From: Takakia lepidozioides | Lineage: Eukaryota; Plantae; Bryophyta | Direction of reading: 5' to 3' | DNA length: 64,000 nt | Assembly (NCBI GenBank): GCA_030704615.1 | Contig: CM060733.1 | Coordinates: forward strand, 31,496,001 to 31,560,000 | Shown here: piece after piece, positions 48,001 to 61,460 of the stretch | How positions within the stretch are numbered: the stretch's first letter is position 1 | Layout of the letters: every line of letters starts with the position of its first letter | Program-made: the position numbers and the translations under genes | The notes under the pieces: model-generated | What the model was told of the DNA's origin: nothing | The model's input: the letters and a program-made list of their open reading frames with translations, nothing else | Databases searched by the model: none

Positions 48001-51000
48001 TTAAACAACTTAGGCTTTCCAGCCGCATCTCCGCAACCTGCTCCCATTCTGGGTGTGCAGCAAATAGGGTAGCTTCCTGCTCCTCATCCAGTCCTCCTCT
48101 CCAGTCATACTCTCTGACTCCTCGAGGTCTTCTTGTAGCAGGTAATCTACTAGATTTCTTTGTGGTAATTTGTATCTCGTGCATCCCATTATGCACAGTT
48201 AGTAACTGAGAATTCCAGTCATGGAATACCCTGGCCTGTTTCAGCCACGGACGTCCCAATAATAAGGAGTAAGCCTCCATGACTTCATCCATTTTTAATA
48301 CAGTTACTGTGATCATAAAGATCATTTTCTGTATCTGTATCTTAACTCCTCTTATTAATCCCAATGGCTGTACACTTCTTTGATCTGCCATTGTTACTGT
48401 AAATGGGGCTGGTTTCATGTTACTTAGACCAAGCTTCTTCCTTAATTGGTCTGTCATGATATTTACTCCAGAACCACCATCTATCAGTACATCAGTTAGT
48501 TCTGTGCTTCCAATTCTCAATTGGATTACTGGCATAGAATCATCAAAGTCCATGACTGGTTCTCGCCCTTCCGGCTTCACATTATAACTGGTCACCTTGC
48601 TGTTCAGGTCTGTGTTTCCTGTCTCTTGGGCAATTCGATTGATTGCCTGATACAGCCTGTGCCTACAATAAGGTGCCACAGCTAATAGCTGTCCAATGGT
48701 AATTTCTGCTTTGGTCTGACATATTACTGCAGCCAAAGTCTCTTCATTACTTTGCATGTCTGCATCTTCTTTTTTCCTTTCTTCCTCACTCCCTTCTTTT
48801 TCTCCATCCGAATCAGAGGAATCTGCCACAGGAATATCAGTACTCTTTTGCATTTCCCTTATAGTATCTGCCACTTCCTTGTGCAGTTCCTTCTCATCTT
48901 TCCAAGTCTCTTCATCTTCAGGCATATCATTGCCACTTCCATTCTCATCTTCTTCCTCTTCTACTGGAGGTATTAGTTTGGCTTTACTTCTTGTTACTAT
49001 CATTGTACTTACTTCTGGTACAACACATGGCCTAACCATGTGAGCTGCCACCACTGGGCCCTCATTCACAGGAGCTCTCATCTCATTCTGGTGTCTTATC
49101 CAGAATGAACAGGCTGCCTTGCGATGTCCTGGCTGATTACAATAGTAACATAGCTCTTCACCATTGGGTCCTCGCCCTTGGTCTGTTCTTGGATTATTTC
49201 TATAATCCTGATTCCCGGGCTGGTAATTCCCCCTTGGATTACCCTGATAGTTGCCTCTGGAATTTCCTTGGTAATTCCCTCTTGAATTACCTCTCCCTTC
49301 CATGCCATTGTTATAACCACCAGACCTACCATAGTGGTCCTGATCATTATTTCTTCTTGGCTGGGGCTGCACCTGATGCACCCTTACTTGCCTAGGTTCT
49401 CTTGCAGCTGTCCTTCTGTTGTAGTAACAATTCTCAGTAGAATGGTTATCCATTTTACAGATAGTACAGTGTTTCTCCTTCATGTGGCATTCTGTGGTGG
49501 TATGGCCTTCATTCTGGCACTTTGCACACCATACACCCTTCCTCCAATGTGTTGCAGCCTCTGTGGCATACTTCTTCAAGATTTCTTCCAATTTTTTTTC
49601 ATAGTTATCCCTCTTCAACTTCTCCTTTCTCTTACTCTTTCTTTTTAGTTCTTGCTCTTCTTCTTCATCTGACTCATCCTCAGAGTCCTCATCTTCTTTT
49701 TTCTCTCTCCTGAGCATTCCCAATTGCTCAATTCTGTTCGCAGTTTCAAATGCCTCCTCCACTGTATTATGGGGTAACATATCCACTTTCTTTTGCAACT
49801 CTGGTCTTAATCCACTCACAAACCAAGTCTTCTGTAAACCGGGCGCTGGTACTGCAGCCAGCTTTTTCATCATCAATTCCATCTTCTCCATATACTCTTC
49901 AACAGTTTCATGCTTCTTCTGCTTCAGCTGTTGTAAACTTCCATACACTTCATCCTCAGTTTTACTTGTCCTGAACCTATTTCGAAATGCTGTATTCAAG
50001 CCATTCCAGGTTAGGAAATGATTATCAGGGAATCTTGCATACCATTCACTTGCTTTCTTGATAAGTGAACAAGGAAACAGTCTCATCTTGGCATCATCGC
50101 CATTCTCATTGTTCACTATACACATGTGCTCAAATTGGCTAATGTGTACATCGGGATCCCCTTTTCCTGAATATATTGGAAAGGGTGGTTTTGCCCGTGT
50201 TGGTTGTAACGCCATCTGTGGCCCTACCTTCTGCCCACTGACAGGTGCTGGCACCCTTGCTGGTGCTGGTCCTTCTGGACCTGTTGTTTTTGTGGTGGAT
50301 CTTCCACCAAGTGGTGGCCCTTGAGCACTCCTTGCTTCTGGTCCCACGATATTCACAGTATTCCCAGCTTCAGTTGCACTACTTCCCACACTCCCTGTCC
50401 CCCCAGAGCCAGATCCAGGCAGCCCGCCTGATCCCCCTGAGCCGACACCTTCGTTGGCCTGTGATCCAAGTGCTCCACTTGATCCAGGTCCAACGGGTTG
50501 GGATGTCCTGGTTGTAGTCTCAACCTCAGCTGTTGGGTCTACTTCTTCATATTCTTCCTCTTCTAATTTCTTCTCTCTGTTTTCATCCTCCAAGTTCTGC
50601 CCTTGGGTTTCTTCTTCACTCATGTAACTCAACTGTAATGGTGTTGGAGAGTCTGAACTCTCCGTTGGCTCTGCCACATCCTCTTCTCCTTCTTCATCTT
50701 CTGCTTCAGAAACTGGAGTTCCTGCTTTTGGTGTTCCATGCCAACTCTTATCAAAGATTTCTGTCAAGTCTTTTATCCAAGGATGTACCTCAGATCTTTC
50801 ACCTCGTGATTGATCTTCTTCCTGTACCAATTCCCTTAATCTTTCTTGCAAAGAAACAGAAGGAGTGGCATCCAACTCTAGTTCTTCCGGTATAGGTGAT
50901 GCACTTTTTGATCTTGATGGTGTGAGAGGTCCAGATGATTCCCCTATGTCTATTCCTCTCTCCCAAAGATATGGATAATTAGCTTTCAGATAGCTTTCTC

Positions 51001-51046
51001 TTTTTGATGAATATCTCTGTCGTCTAGCTTCTCTTTCATCACTCAT
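44945..51046 (-). CDS. Gypsy gag-pol polyprotein with three apparent 1-bp frameshifts
   Basis: A 1046-aa gag-PR (three CX2CX4HX4C; LIDGGSG), RT (VFLDDF), RH and INT (HHCC, DDE, GPY). There are 1-bp deletions at ~47915, ~47494 and ~46647 relative to copies 1 and 2. Confidence 0.9.
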
Positions 51047-51067
51047 GTCCCATGTCTTTCATTTCTT

Positions 51068-51763
51068 TTAATGTGGCAATAACCAAAACTCTCTTCTGTA
51101 ATATCTCTCGTATATGCCTGGGTTTCTTTCAAGCTTCAATGCACCCTTGGCTATACTTGAAGTCTCCGTTACCATATAACCATATGGCAAACAAGTCTGA
51201 AAAGCTGTTCTTGGTGTGAGTTTGATCCACAAAATATCCTTTGGAATCCAATTCTTTACCAGTACAAGCTCTTCATGCATATGAGTATAAACATTCACCT
51301 TTCTTTCTTCCCAGCCTTCAAACTCTACTCGTTTAATGGATAGCAACGCTATCACATAAACTAATGTTGGTAACCAACGTGCTCTTCCTCTACAGGCTAC
51401 CTGATAAATCTTTATCACTCCTTTCTCCAGACCCCATTCTGGATCAGCATCATGCACTCGTTTAAGAATATTTTCTTTACATCCGTCTGGCAATTCCAAG
51501 AACCTTTGAAAGAATTGTTTGGACAATCTTTCTTCCTTCGTTCCACAGGGAATTTGATTCACTTCAAATTCTTTAATGGTCCAACCACCATGATCCCACC
51601 AGATGCCTGTCACATCTGGTTGTTCATGTCCCAGGTCCCCAGTATGGTCGCCAAATGTCGCGCGGCTTTTACTCACCCATCCCTTCGCTATCCGAGGCGG
51701 AAACTCCAAGATAGAAGAGTTGGAAATCTCTAAGTACTCAGCCCGCGCAGAACAATCAGTCAT
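51068..51763 (-). CDS. Gypsy ORF0, 231 aa
   Basis: Conserved with 8047-8742, and stops 21 nt before the gag ATG. Confidence 0.7.
   Translation of the reverse strand: MTDCSARAEYLEISNSSILEFPPRIAKGWVSKSRATFGDHTGDLGHEQPDVTGIWWDHGGWTIKEFEVNQIPCGTKEERLSKQFFQRFLELPDGCKENILKRVHDADPEWGLEKGVIKIYQVACRGRARWLPTLVYVIALLSIKRVEFEGWEERKVNVYTHMHEELVLVKNWIPKDILWIKLTPRTAFQTCLPYGYMVTETSSIAKGALKLERNPGIYERYYRREFWLLPH
51636..51653 (-). promoter_or_regulatory. Primer-binding site TGGCGACCATACTGGGGA
   Basis: Identical to 8615-8632 and adjacent to the LTR end. Confidence 0.8.
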
Positions 51764-52599
51764 GACCTACAGCTAGTGTATCATGGGGGTGTTTCCTATT
51801 TGTTTCCCTTTCCGCATTCATCTTAGCTACCTTACCATTGATAATTAAGTATCAGTTTGCTTCATCAATCTATCGGTTTCCTTCACTCATCCATTCAATC
51901 CACAGCTTCTCTCAGATCTCTCTACACAGTGTGATTGTATCGTATAAGTATCAGATTATGATTTATCAGGTATCAGGCCGAAGCCATTATGTCTCTAATC
52001 TGCTCTCCAATATCACTACAGCTTTGCATATAACAAGCATCTACTAATCCTCTTTTCTCCTTCATCGTGCTCTCCATCTCTTGCCTCCGATCTCCGCTCC
52101 AGCCTGACTCCGAAGTCCTCCTCCGAATAATGATGATCCTCCTTCATTCCCCGTTTCTCCCTTTATCCTCCTATCCGCGGTTCTAACCGTTTCCCTCTCT
52201 AACCGTCGTCTGTGAACTAACATGTTCCCTTCACAGGTGTTGTTCCCCACAGTCGTTCCCTATTATCGTGACAGCTGTGTCAAGCGGTGACTGGCTGTGT
52301 TTGGCTGTGTCGGGCTGTGACTGGCTGTGTGGGCTGTGTCTGCTGTGACGACTGTGACGGGCTGTGTGGGCTGTGTCTGCTGTGACGACTGTGTGGGCTG
52401 TGTGGGCTGTGTCGGCTGTGACGGGCTGTGTTGGCTGTGTGGGCTGTGTCGGCTGTGACGGGCTGTGTTGACTGTGTAACCCCCCTCTACAGTGCTCTGC
52501 TGTCACCCCTAAGGCTCCTATTGGTCTCAGTCTGTGCAAAAATTAAGGGTACCCTACAGATCCCGTATAAGTGTCTAAGTCCCCTACAGTCCTCTAATA
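51656..52599 (-). repeat. 5' LTR of Gypsy copy 4 (~944 bp)
   Basis: Homologous to the other LTRs. The outer terminus reads TA instead of CA on the + strand. Confidence 0.9.
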
Positions 52600-53683
52600 G
52601 GGCAAGGGGAGCCGAGCATGTGGCTAACACACTCTTGGTCATTTCTTGTAATGTGGATGTGATTGTCTGGTCGGCTTCATTCCAGGCATCCTCTGGGGAT
52701 AGTATTAAATTGGAGTCAGAGAGTATGGGGGAAATTTTGTGGATGAAATAAGAGGAGGCTGAATGGAAGTGTTGTTGGAAGGCCTTGATGTTATTTTGAG
52801 GTATGGGTGAGAGTATACGGGGTTGGGGGGGTGGGGTATGCACATCTGGAATGGGCCAGAAGGGAATGAGGGAGGGGGAGGGAGGGAGGGAGGGAGACAG
52901 AGATCGGGTAGTGGTCAGAGTTGCATAGGCTATTGAGGTGAACGTGACTCAAGAGGTAGGATGGGATACTATTGCTGGTTTTGAGGTAAAACCCGTCCAG
53001 GAGGCTTAAGGAAGAGTAGTTAAGGCCACGTTGCCGGGAGTAGTGATGGTCCGCCGGGATGTATCTGAGGTCAAGTTGTTGGGTGAAGCGAGCCCATTCG
53101 TGATCTGCAGAGGATGGTGGTTTGTGGGTTCCGTTGTGGGAGTGCCCCAGCAGAGCAATGTCTTTGTTGAAGTCACCTGCGAGGATGACGTGGTGGTGCT
53201 AGTTATTTGGAGGGGTAATTGTTTGGGATATAGTGTGTAGTATGTCAGTTATGAGGGAAAGATCCTCGAGGTGTGAGGGCATGTATAGATGTATCATGGT
53301 GATGGGAGAGAGTGCTGGGGGGTGTAGCTGAATGATTTGAAGGTGCGACCGAAGGGGGATGGGTACCATAAGTTTTGTGGTGGTGCTGGGAGAGTGATGT
53401 GAGCGAAGAATACCTAGTGCAACGCCCCCCCTGGTGGGTTTGTATGGAGCGGAGCGGCGAGATAGACATTGCTGGGCAGTTAGAGGAGTGCCGTACAATA
53501 GGTAATAGTCCGGTAGAAGCTTATTTATGTATGAACTGCTAGTGTTGTTCGTGTGTAACTTGGTTTCTTGGAGAAGGAAGATATGTGGTTTGGAGGAGTT
53601 GGTGAGAAGAGTGAGAAGGCTTTGTATACTAGTAGCCAGTGACCCTACATTCCAAGAAGTAATAGTTAGTGCACAGGTGTGGG
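52600..53683 (-). pseudogene. LINE (non-LTR retrotransposon) APE endonuclease domain, degenerate
   Basis: Minus-strand motifs appear in canonical order: ITSWNVGSL, FLLQETKL, RGGVA, HLYMP, VILAGDFN, NSDHYPI. It is cut by the Gypsy LTR at 52599. Confidence 0.85.
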
Positions 53684-53801
53684 GAGGTTTGCTATTTCAT
53701 GAGCATGAGCGGCATGAGCGGCATGAGCGGCATGAGCAGAGTAGTAACACAATCGGTTTTCATGAGCAGAAGTACAAATTTCGAAAATAAAAAACAATAA
53801 T

Positions 53802-56217
53802 TTAATGCAATGTGTCAGGAAAAACAAATATATTAATCGGCCCCTTGAAGGGAAAATTGCACTTTTGACAGTTGTGCTCATGATATTTCGTCTTCCGCTC
53901 ATGCCAATTCCCAGCGACATGTGCAAATATGGCGCCGAATTTCGCGGTAATAGGGTCCGTAACCTGAAAAACGGCGACGTATTTCGCGGTAATAGGTCTC
54001 TCTGGCGAAAAATGGGAACGAATTCCGCGGCTATAGGTCCCCTCATGACAGGTAATTCGGCGCCATTTTTCCAGTGCATGTTCGGACTTAGCCAGTTCGG
54101 ACTTAGCATGTTCAGACGTGCAACTCACCTCCCGCATATAGTCGCCGAACTGGAGGAAACGATAATGCCACCATGCTAGCCAACTGACCATTGCTCCCTC
54201 GTCTGATTTCCTTACAACACCTGACGATGTCCACCAAGCCCGTATGCATGCAAACTGTGTCTCTGCATCATCCAAGGTGGGAGCGCGCTTCCACGCAAGG
54301 CACATGGAACGGTGCTCCTCTCTGAAATCTGGCGCCACAAGCCTGGTTGTGTACTGCGAAAGGCTCTGCAGAAAGTGGAACCCACAAGATCTCTCCTTGC
54401 CTTCCATGGGAACATTGGGGTCTTGCCCGTACACCCTTCGGATGGCAGCCCAATTTGCTTGTGCGTTGTCCGCCATGAAACCACGGAAATTGGGAGGGGG
54501 CAATCCCGCCTTGGCCATCTGTTCGTTTATTCCCTGCCAAAGAAGCATCTCCGATTGTGTGTCCTCTCCTTTCATCTCACAAATAGCAATTGTCATTAGC
54601 ATCCTGCAGTGGGTGTCGTAGACATGTGCACCCATTGTCACCCACTGGTGATTTGTAATTCGCTTGATATGGTCGAACATGACCCAACTGTTTGACAAGT
54701 TCCCACTCGTCATCCTGTCGACCAGTTCGACGCCACTGCCAGGTCCACACGTGGACATTTTGAATACGAAACAACGATCTGCCTCAGTCCATTGTCCTGG
54801 AAACCTACTTCCATGAATGTAGTCATATCCACATCGTCGCTTCACCTCCAGAATGGAGTGCATATCCGAGCCACGCCCAATTTTCTGTTTGCATGAGACA
54901 ATGTGGTTTCGGACATTCGGTGAACATACGTGGGACACCGACTCCAGCAATGCCTCCATTTCCTTCTCGTCGAGAGGAACTCTATCGGAGCCGTCTTCCG
55001 ACATAATTCTGGCCAATGCCATCTTATGGGCGGCTTGGAGCTGTATCTGTTTGGGTTTGGCACCCGATCTCAACTTAACCTCCTCCTGAACGAGCTGCTC
55101 TGCTTCGTGGGCAGCCTCCCGCGAGTTCCCCCTCGCCAATTTGTGACAATGGGAACCAACGTGTATGCAAGCTGGTGTGAGGTCAGGGAAACGGTGCAAC
55201 ACATAGAACTGCTTGGCATTACAAACAGACATGCAGTGTGGTGGTTCTTTGCAATGCGCACACTTAAATGTGGAGTTCGGAACCTTCTCCTGAGCTCGAA
55301 ATGGTTGATGAGCTGTGCCTGTCCAATCGGTCTCGTTCCTGTGACCTCTGGATTTAAAGTGGAAGCAAGTTGGGGAGAAACACCGCAACGCGCCCGCACA
55401 AACAACGTAGCGCACCCGCACACCATCGAGCATCTTCATGCTGGTGGTTTTGGTAACGCACCAAGGATGACCGTCATGTTTTCTATCCATATCTGTCAAC
55501 ATTCCGGACGCCCTCGAGTAGTCCGCCCGAGGAGGGAACTCAAAGAAGATATTACCGTCGACGTCGGCGGGAAGACATGTAACCGATTTAATTGCGAACT
55601 TGCTGTAGTCCAGCCCGGCCAGCTCCGACCGGTGTCCCTCCAGGTGAAGCCCTCGCAGAATTTCAAGAATAGATCGAACTGCGGTGCTCGTGCTGGGAAT
55701 ATGACTCCCTCCTCCACTGACGTCCATTGAGGACTTGCCTGATCTCCAGGACGACCTCGGAACTTCCATGACCTCGTCTGAGTCGGACAGGTTGTGAACA
55801 ACCCGGTTCTGGCTCGTCTTCATGGATGGGTTCGGCTCTGGATTTACTTCGTTACGGACTTCTCTCTTTGAGGTAGCCACTCTCTGATTCGCGGATTGTT
55901 TCGTGGAAGGCGCCAGGATAGAAGGTGCATTTGGCGGGCAAATGAAGTCCCCAACAGCCCTGTATATGACGCTGTCCAATGGTGGAACTCGCCATTCCCT
56001 GCCATCGCCGAAATCATCGTGGAGCACAACAATACTGTCGACAACAAGGCCGTTAGAATCCTTCCTTTCCTCCTCCAAAAAAACCGACCCCGGTTTTCAG
56101 GTGGTATCGAACGCACAGATATTTTTCCATCACCCGGCAGGTGTCCCCTCTGCACGGAAATGAAGCTCTATGCTCGTGAGGAGGGCAGTACACTGTAGCG
56201 CTCGGGTTTTCCGCCAT
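53802..56217 (-). CDS. Truncated MULE transposase (GCM-like + D..D, lacking the catalytic E exon and SWIM)
   Basis: A 758-aa ORF (53802-56078) reads through the deletion junction into subterminal DNA. The MAENP start at 56217 is separated from it by homopolymer indels near 56085-56098. Confidence 0.8.
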
Positions 56218-56519
56218 GGGAGATGTGCACACAAGACTCCCAGGATGGAGTGCGGGGAAGCTCCCTGGTAGAAGGGGGATGCAGCGATGGGAATGAATGC
56301 GATGCCGATTTGTCCGAGCGACGAAGCCTGATCCAAATCCAGGGAGCCAACTATCTCAAAAATCCACAGTCAGAGTGTTAATGAACCTTGTCTCCGGAAT
56401 GCGGCCCCTGGTCTTTGCGCAATAACTGCCAACGGTATGCAGTCAGAAAGTGGGGGGCCGTCCGGATGATGACGGCTGAAGGGGAGAAGCCGGCACCGTG
56501 CCGTCACATTACTACCCCC

Positions 56520-58427
56520 GAATGGAAATTCGGCACCCAATATCCAACAGGGGAAGCCCGGATGAAGTCGCCTCGGGCGCAGAGGCCGGCGCGTGTGCGA
56601 CAGAGAACATCCCCTGGATGGAGATTCGGCGCCGAATTTCCATCCAGCAGGTAAAGGAAGTCGTGTCGGGGGGTCAGGCCGAAAACTGGCCGGCATAAAA
56701 ACATCCCCAGATGGAAAAACGGCGCCGAATTTCCATCCGGGGCGGTTCGGATGCAGTCGGGGAGGGGGGAGAGGCCGGCACTTGGCCGTCACATTTCAAC
56801 CCCCGGACGGAAATTCGGCACCGAATATCGAACAGGGGACGCCCGGATGAAGTCGCCTCGGGCGTAGAGGTCGGCACGTGTTCGACAGAGAGCATCCCTT
56901 GGATGGAGATTCGGCGCCGAATTTCAATCCGGGGCCATTCCAATGCGGTTGGGGAGGGGGGAGAGGTCGGCACCTGGCCGTCATATTTCAACCGCCGGAC
57001 GGAAATTCGGCACCGAATATCCAACAGAGCGGCGGAGAGGCCGGCACCTCTCCGACAGAGACCAGCCCCCGGATGGAAATTCGGCGCCGAATTTCCACCC
57101 AGCAGGTAAGTGCAATCCCGGATGGATGGAAATCCGGCGCCGAATTTCCATCCAGCAGGTAAGTGAAATCCCGGATCGATCGAAATCCGGCGCCGCATAT
57201 CCATCCTGCAGGTAATTCGAATCCCGGATGGATGGAAATTCGGCGCCGAATTTCCATCCAGCAGGTAAGTTGAATCCCGGATGGATGGAAATCCGGCGCC
57301 GAATTTCCATCCAGCAGGTAAGTGAAATCCCGGATCGATCGAAATCCGGCGCCGCATATCCATCCTGCAGGTAATTCGAATCCCGGATGGATGGAAATTC
57401 GGCGCCGAATTTCCATCCAGCAGGTAAGTTGAATACCGGATGGATAGAAATCCGGCACCGAATTTCCATCCAGCTGGTAAGTCGGATCGCTGGCGTATGG
57501 ATATTCGGCGCCGAATTTCCATTAGGCAGGTATTTCATCGCTGAGAATTACCTTCCTGCAGGTAATTCTGATCGATGAATTACCTTCCTGCAGGTAATTC
57601 TCAGCGATGAATTACCTTCCTGCAGGTAATTCTTATCGACGAAGGTAGGAAGGTAATTCCTCGCTCAGAATTACCTGCAGGAAGGTAATTCATCGCTGAG
57701 AATTACCTACAGGAAGGTAATTCATTGATCAGAATTACCTGCAGGAAGGTAATTCTCAGTGATGAAATACCTCCAGGATGGAAATTCGGCGCCGGATTTC
57801 GATCCATCCGGGATTCCAGTAACCTGCTGGATGGAAATGCGGCGCCGAATTTCCATCCATCCGGGATTCGAATTACCTGCTGGACGGAAATTCGGCGCCG
57901 AATTTCCAATCATCCGGGATTCCACTTACCTGCAGGATGGAAATCCGGCGCCGAATTTCCATCCATCCGGGTTTCGAATTACCTGCAGGATGGAAATTCG
58001 GCGCCGGATTTCCATCCATCCGGGATTCCACTTACCTGCTGGATGGAAATCCGGCGCCGAATTTCCATCCATCCGGGATTCGAATTACCTGCAGGATGGA
58101 AATTCGGCGCCGGATTTCCATCCATCCGGGATTCCACTTACCTGTAGGATGGAAATCCGGTGCCGGATCTCCATCCATCCGCTCTCCGACCAACCTTGCG
58201 GATGGAAATCCGGTGCCGAATTTCCATCCATCCGCTCTTCGAATTACCTGCATGACGGAAATTTTGCGCGCCGACCTAGCTGGCGGATGGAAATTCGGCG
58301 CCGGATTTCCATCCATCCGCTCTTGGAATTACCTGCATGACTGGAAAAATGGCGCCGAATTTCCGATTTTGGTGCAAGTCAGATCTGGGACTTAGCCATT
58401 TTCGGCCCCGAAATGGAAAAATGGGGC

Positions 58428-58461
<34 letters not shown>

Positions 58462-59926
58462 GCCATTTTTCCATGTCGGGGCCGAAAACGGCTAAGTCCC
58501 AGATCTGACTGGCACCCAAAATCGGAAATTCGGCGCCATTTTTCCAGTCATGCAGGTAATTCCAAGAGCGGATGGATGGAAATCCGGCGCCGGATTTTCA
58601 TCCATCCGCTCTTCGAATTACCTGCGCGACGGAAATTTTGCGCGCCGACTTACCTGGTGGATGGAAATCCGGCGCGGATTTCCATCCATCCGCTCTTGGA
58701 ATTACCTGCATGACTGGAAAAATGGCGCCGAATTTCCGATTTTGGTGCAAGTCAGATCTGGGACTTAGCAATTTACGGCCCCGAAATGGAAAAAAAAAAA
58801 AAAAAAGGCAAAAAAAAAAAAAAAAAAAAAAAAAAAACGCCATTTTTCCATGTCGGGGCCGAAAACGGCTAAGTCCCAGATCTGACTGGCACCCAAAATC
58901 GGAAATTCGGCGCCATTTTTCCAGTCATGCAGGTAATTCCAAGAGCGGATGGATGGAAATCCGGCGCCGGATTTTCATCCATCCGCTCTTCGAATTACCT
59001 GCGCGACGGAAATTTTGCGCGCCGACTTACCTGGTGGATGGAAATCCGGCGCCGGATTTCCATCCATCCGCTCTTGGAATTACCTGCATGACTGGAAAAA
59101 TGGCGCCGAATTTCCGATTTTGGTGCAAGTCAGATCTGGGACTTAGCCATTTTCGGCCCCGAAATGGAAAAATGGGGCCAAAAAAAAAAAAATAAAAATA
59201 AAAATAAAAATCGCCATTTTTCCATGTCGGGGCCGAAAACAGCTAAGTCCCAGATCTGACTGGCACCCAAAATCGGAAATTCGGCGCCATTTTTCCAGTC
59301 ATGCAGGTAATTCCAAGAGCGGATGGATGGAAATCCGGCGCCGGATTTTCATCCATCCGCTCTTCGAATTACCTGCATGACAGAAATTTTGCGCGCCGAC
59401 TTACCTGGTGGATGGAAATCCGGCGCCGGATTTCCATCCATCCGCTCTTGGAATTACCTGCATGACTGGAAAAATGGTGCCGAATTTCCGATTTTGGTGC
59501 AAGTCAGATCTGGGACTTAGCCATTTTCGGCCCCGAAATGGAAAAATGGCGCCAAAAAAAAAAAAAAAAAAAAAAAAAAAAACGCCATTTTTCCATGTCG
59601 GGGCCGAAAACGGCTTAGTGCCAGATCTGACTGGCACCCAAAATCGGAAATTCGGCGCCATTTCCCAGTCATGCAGGTAATTCCAAGAGCGGATGGATGG
59701 AAATCCGGCGCCGGATTTTCATCCATCCGCTCTTCGAATTACCTGCATGACGGAAATTTTGCGCGCCGACTTACCTGGTGGATGGAAATCCGGCTCCGGA
59801 TTTCCATCCATCCGCTCTTGGAATTACCTGCATGACTGGAAAAATGGCGCCGAATTTCCGATTTTGGTGCCAGTCAGATCTAGGACTTAGCTATTTTCGG
59901 CAACGAAATGGAAAAATGTCGCCAAG

Positions 59927-59957
<31 letters not shown>

Positions 59958-60481
59958 GCCATTATTCTTGTTGGGGGCCGAAAATGGCTAAGTCCCAGAT
60001 CTGACTGGCACCCAAAATCGGAAATTCGGCGCCATTTTTCCAGTCATGCAGGTAATTCCAAGAGCGGATGGATGGAAATCCGGCGCCGGATTTTCATCCA
60101 TCCGCTCTTCGAATTACCTGCATGACGGAAATTTTGCGCGCCGACCTAGCTGGCGGATGGTAATCCGGCGCCGGATTTCCATCCATCCGCTCTTCGAATT
60201 ACCTGCATGACTGGAAAAATGGCGCCGAATTTCCGATTTTGGTGCCAGTCAGATCTGGGACTTAGCCATTTTCGGCCCCGAAATGGAAAAATGGCGCCGA
60301 AAATAAAATAAAATAAAAATAAATAAATAAACGCCATTTTTCCAGTTCGGGGCCGAAAACGGCTAAGTCCCAGATCTGACTGGCACCCAAAATCGGAAAT
60401 TCGGCGCCATTTTTCCATTTCTGGGCCCAGTCAGATCTGGGACTTAGCCATTTTCGGCCCCGAACTGGATAAATCGCGCCG

Positions 60482-60521
<40 letters not shown>

Positions 60522-61460
60522 GATATTTTTCTAGTTCCGGGCCGAAAACGGCTAAGTCCCAGATCTGACTGGCACCCAAAATCGGAAATTCGGCGCCATT
60601 TTTCCAGTTCTGGGCCCAGTCAGATCTGGGACTTAGCCATTTTCGGCCCCGAACAGGAAAAATGGAAGTTGAAGACTCCCACAAGCTGAAACCATACTCC
60701 ACACATGCACCACTTGCTTCCTTAACACCTGAGCTCTTCTTGAACTCCTCAAACCCTGCAACACTTGCAGAACAAGAGCTTCTTCACAAGCTCTCAAACT
60801 TTCAATGATGCTCTTCTTGAAGACCTCCTCTTGTACATAAACACCACAAGATTTTCTTCTTGCAAACCCTGCAACAGCTTGTAACTTAAGAGCTATCTAT
60901 CAAGCTCTTTTCCACACACAAGTGTTAACTATGCTAACACCTTGCACTTATAGATGTAAGCAGGTCTTCTTCTAGTGATACGGAAATGGTGAAAAGAGGA
61001 GAAACCATTCTATCACGTTATATAAGTCAAGCCAATGGCACCTTTGCTAAAAGACTCCACCATACAGACCTCACCCACTCTCCATCTCAAGTACTAGAGC
61101 GAGTTCAATTGGCTCAACTTTTGTTTGACCACATGTTTTTGAAAGCAGAGGCATAGCCAGTGGGTACTTTCAGGGCCGAAAATGGCTAAGTCCCTAGAGT
61201 GGCTGGCACCAAAATCGGAAATTCGGCGCCATTTTGCCAGTTCCGGGCCCAGTCAGATCTGGGACTTAGCCATTTTAGGCCCCGAACTGGTAAAATGGCA
61301 CCGAAAAAAAAAAAAAAAAAAAAAAAACGCCATTGTTCTAGTTCGGGGCCTAAAATGGCTAAGTCCCAGATCTGACTGGCACCAAAATCGGAAATTCGGC
61401 GCCATTTTTCCAGTTCCGGGCCTAGTCAGATCTGGGACTTAGCCATTTTCGGCAAGTAAA
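56520..61460. repeat. Palindrome-rich, foldback-like array of MULE A2
   Basis: Same motifs as A1, with ~375-bp higher-order units starting near 58323, 58696, 59073, 59448, 59818 and 60193. Confidence 0.95.

Larger units (their letters stand above)
40650..52599 (-). mobile_element. Ty3/Gypsy copy 4, near-intact (5' LTR, PBS, ORF0, gag-pol, ORF3)
   Basis: All domains are in Gypsy order (PR-RT-RH-INT), and only single-base frameshifts are seen. Confidence 0.95.

Noticed and set aside
37085-52599. A single intact LTR retrotransposon
   Set aside because: There is no TSD, the LTRs are diverged, and non-identical overlapping sequence flanks the gap.
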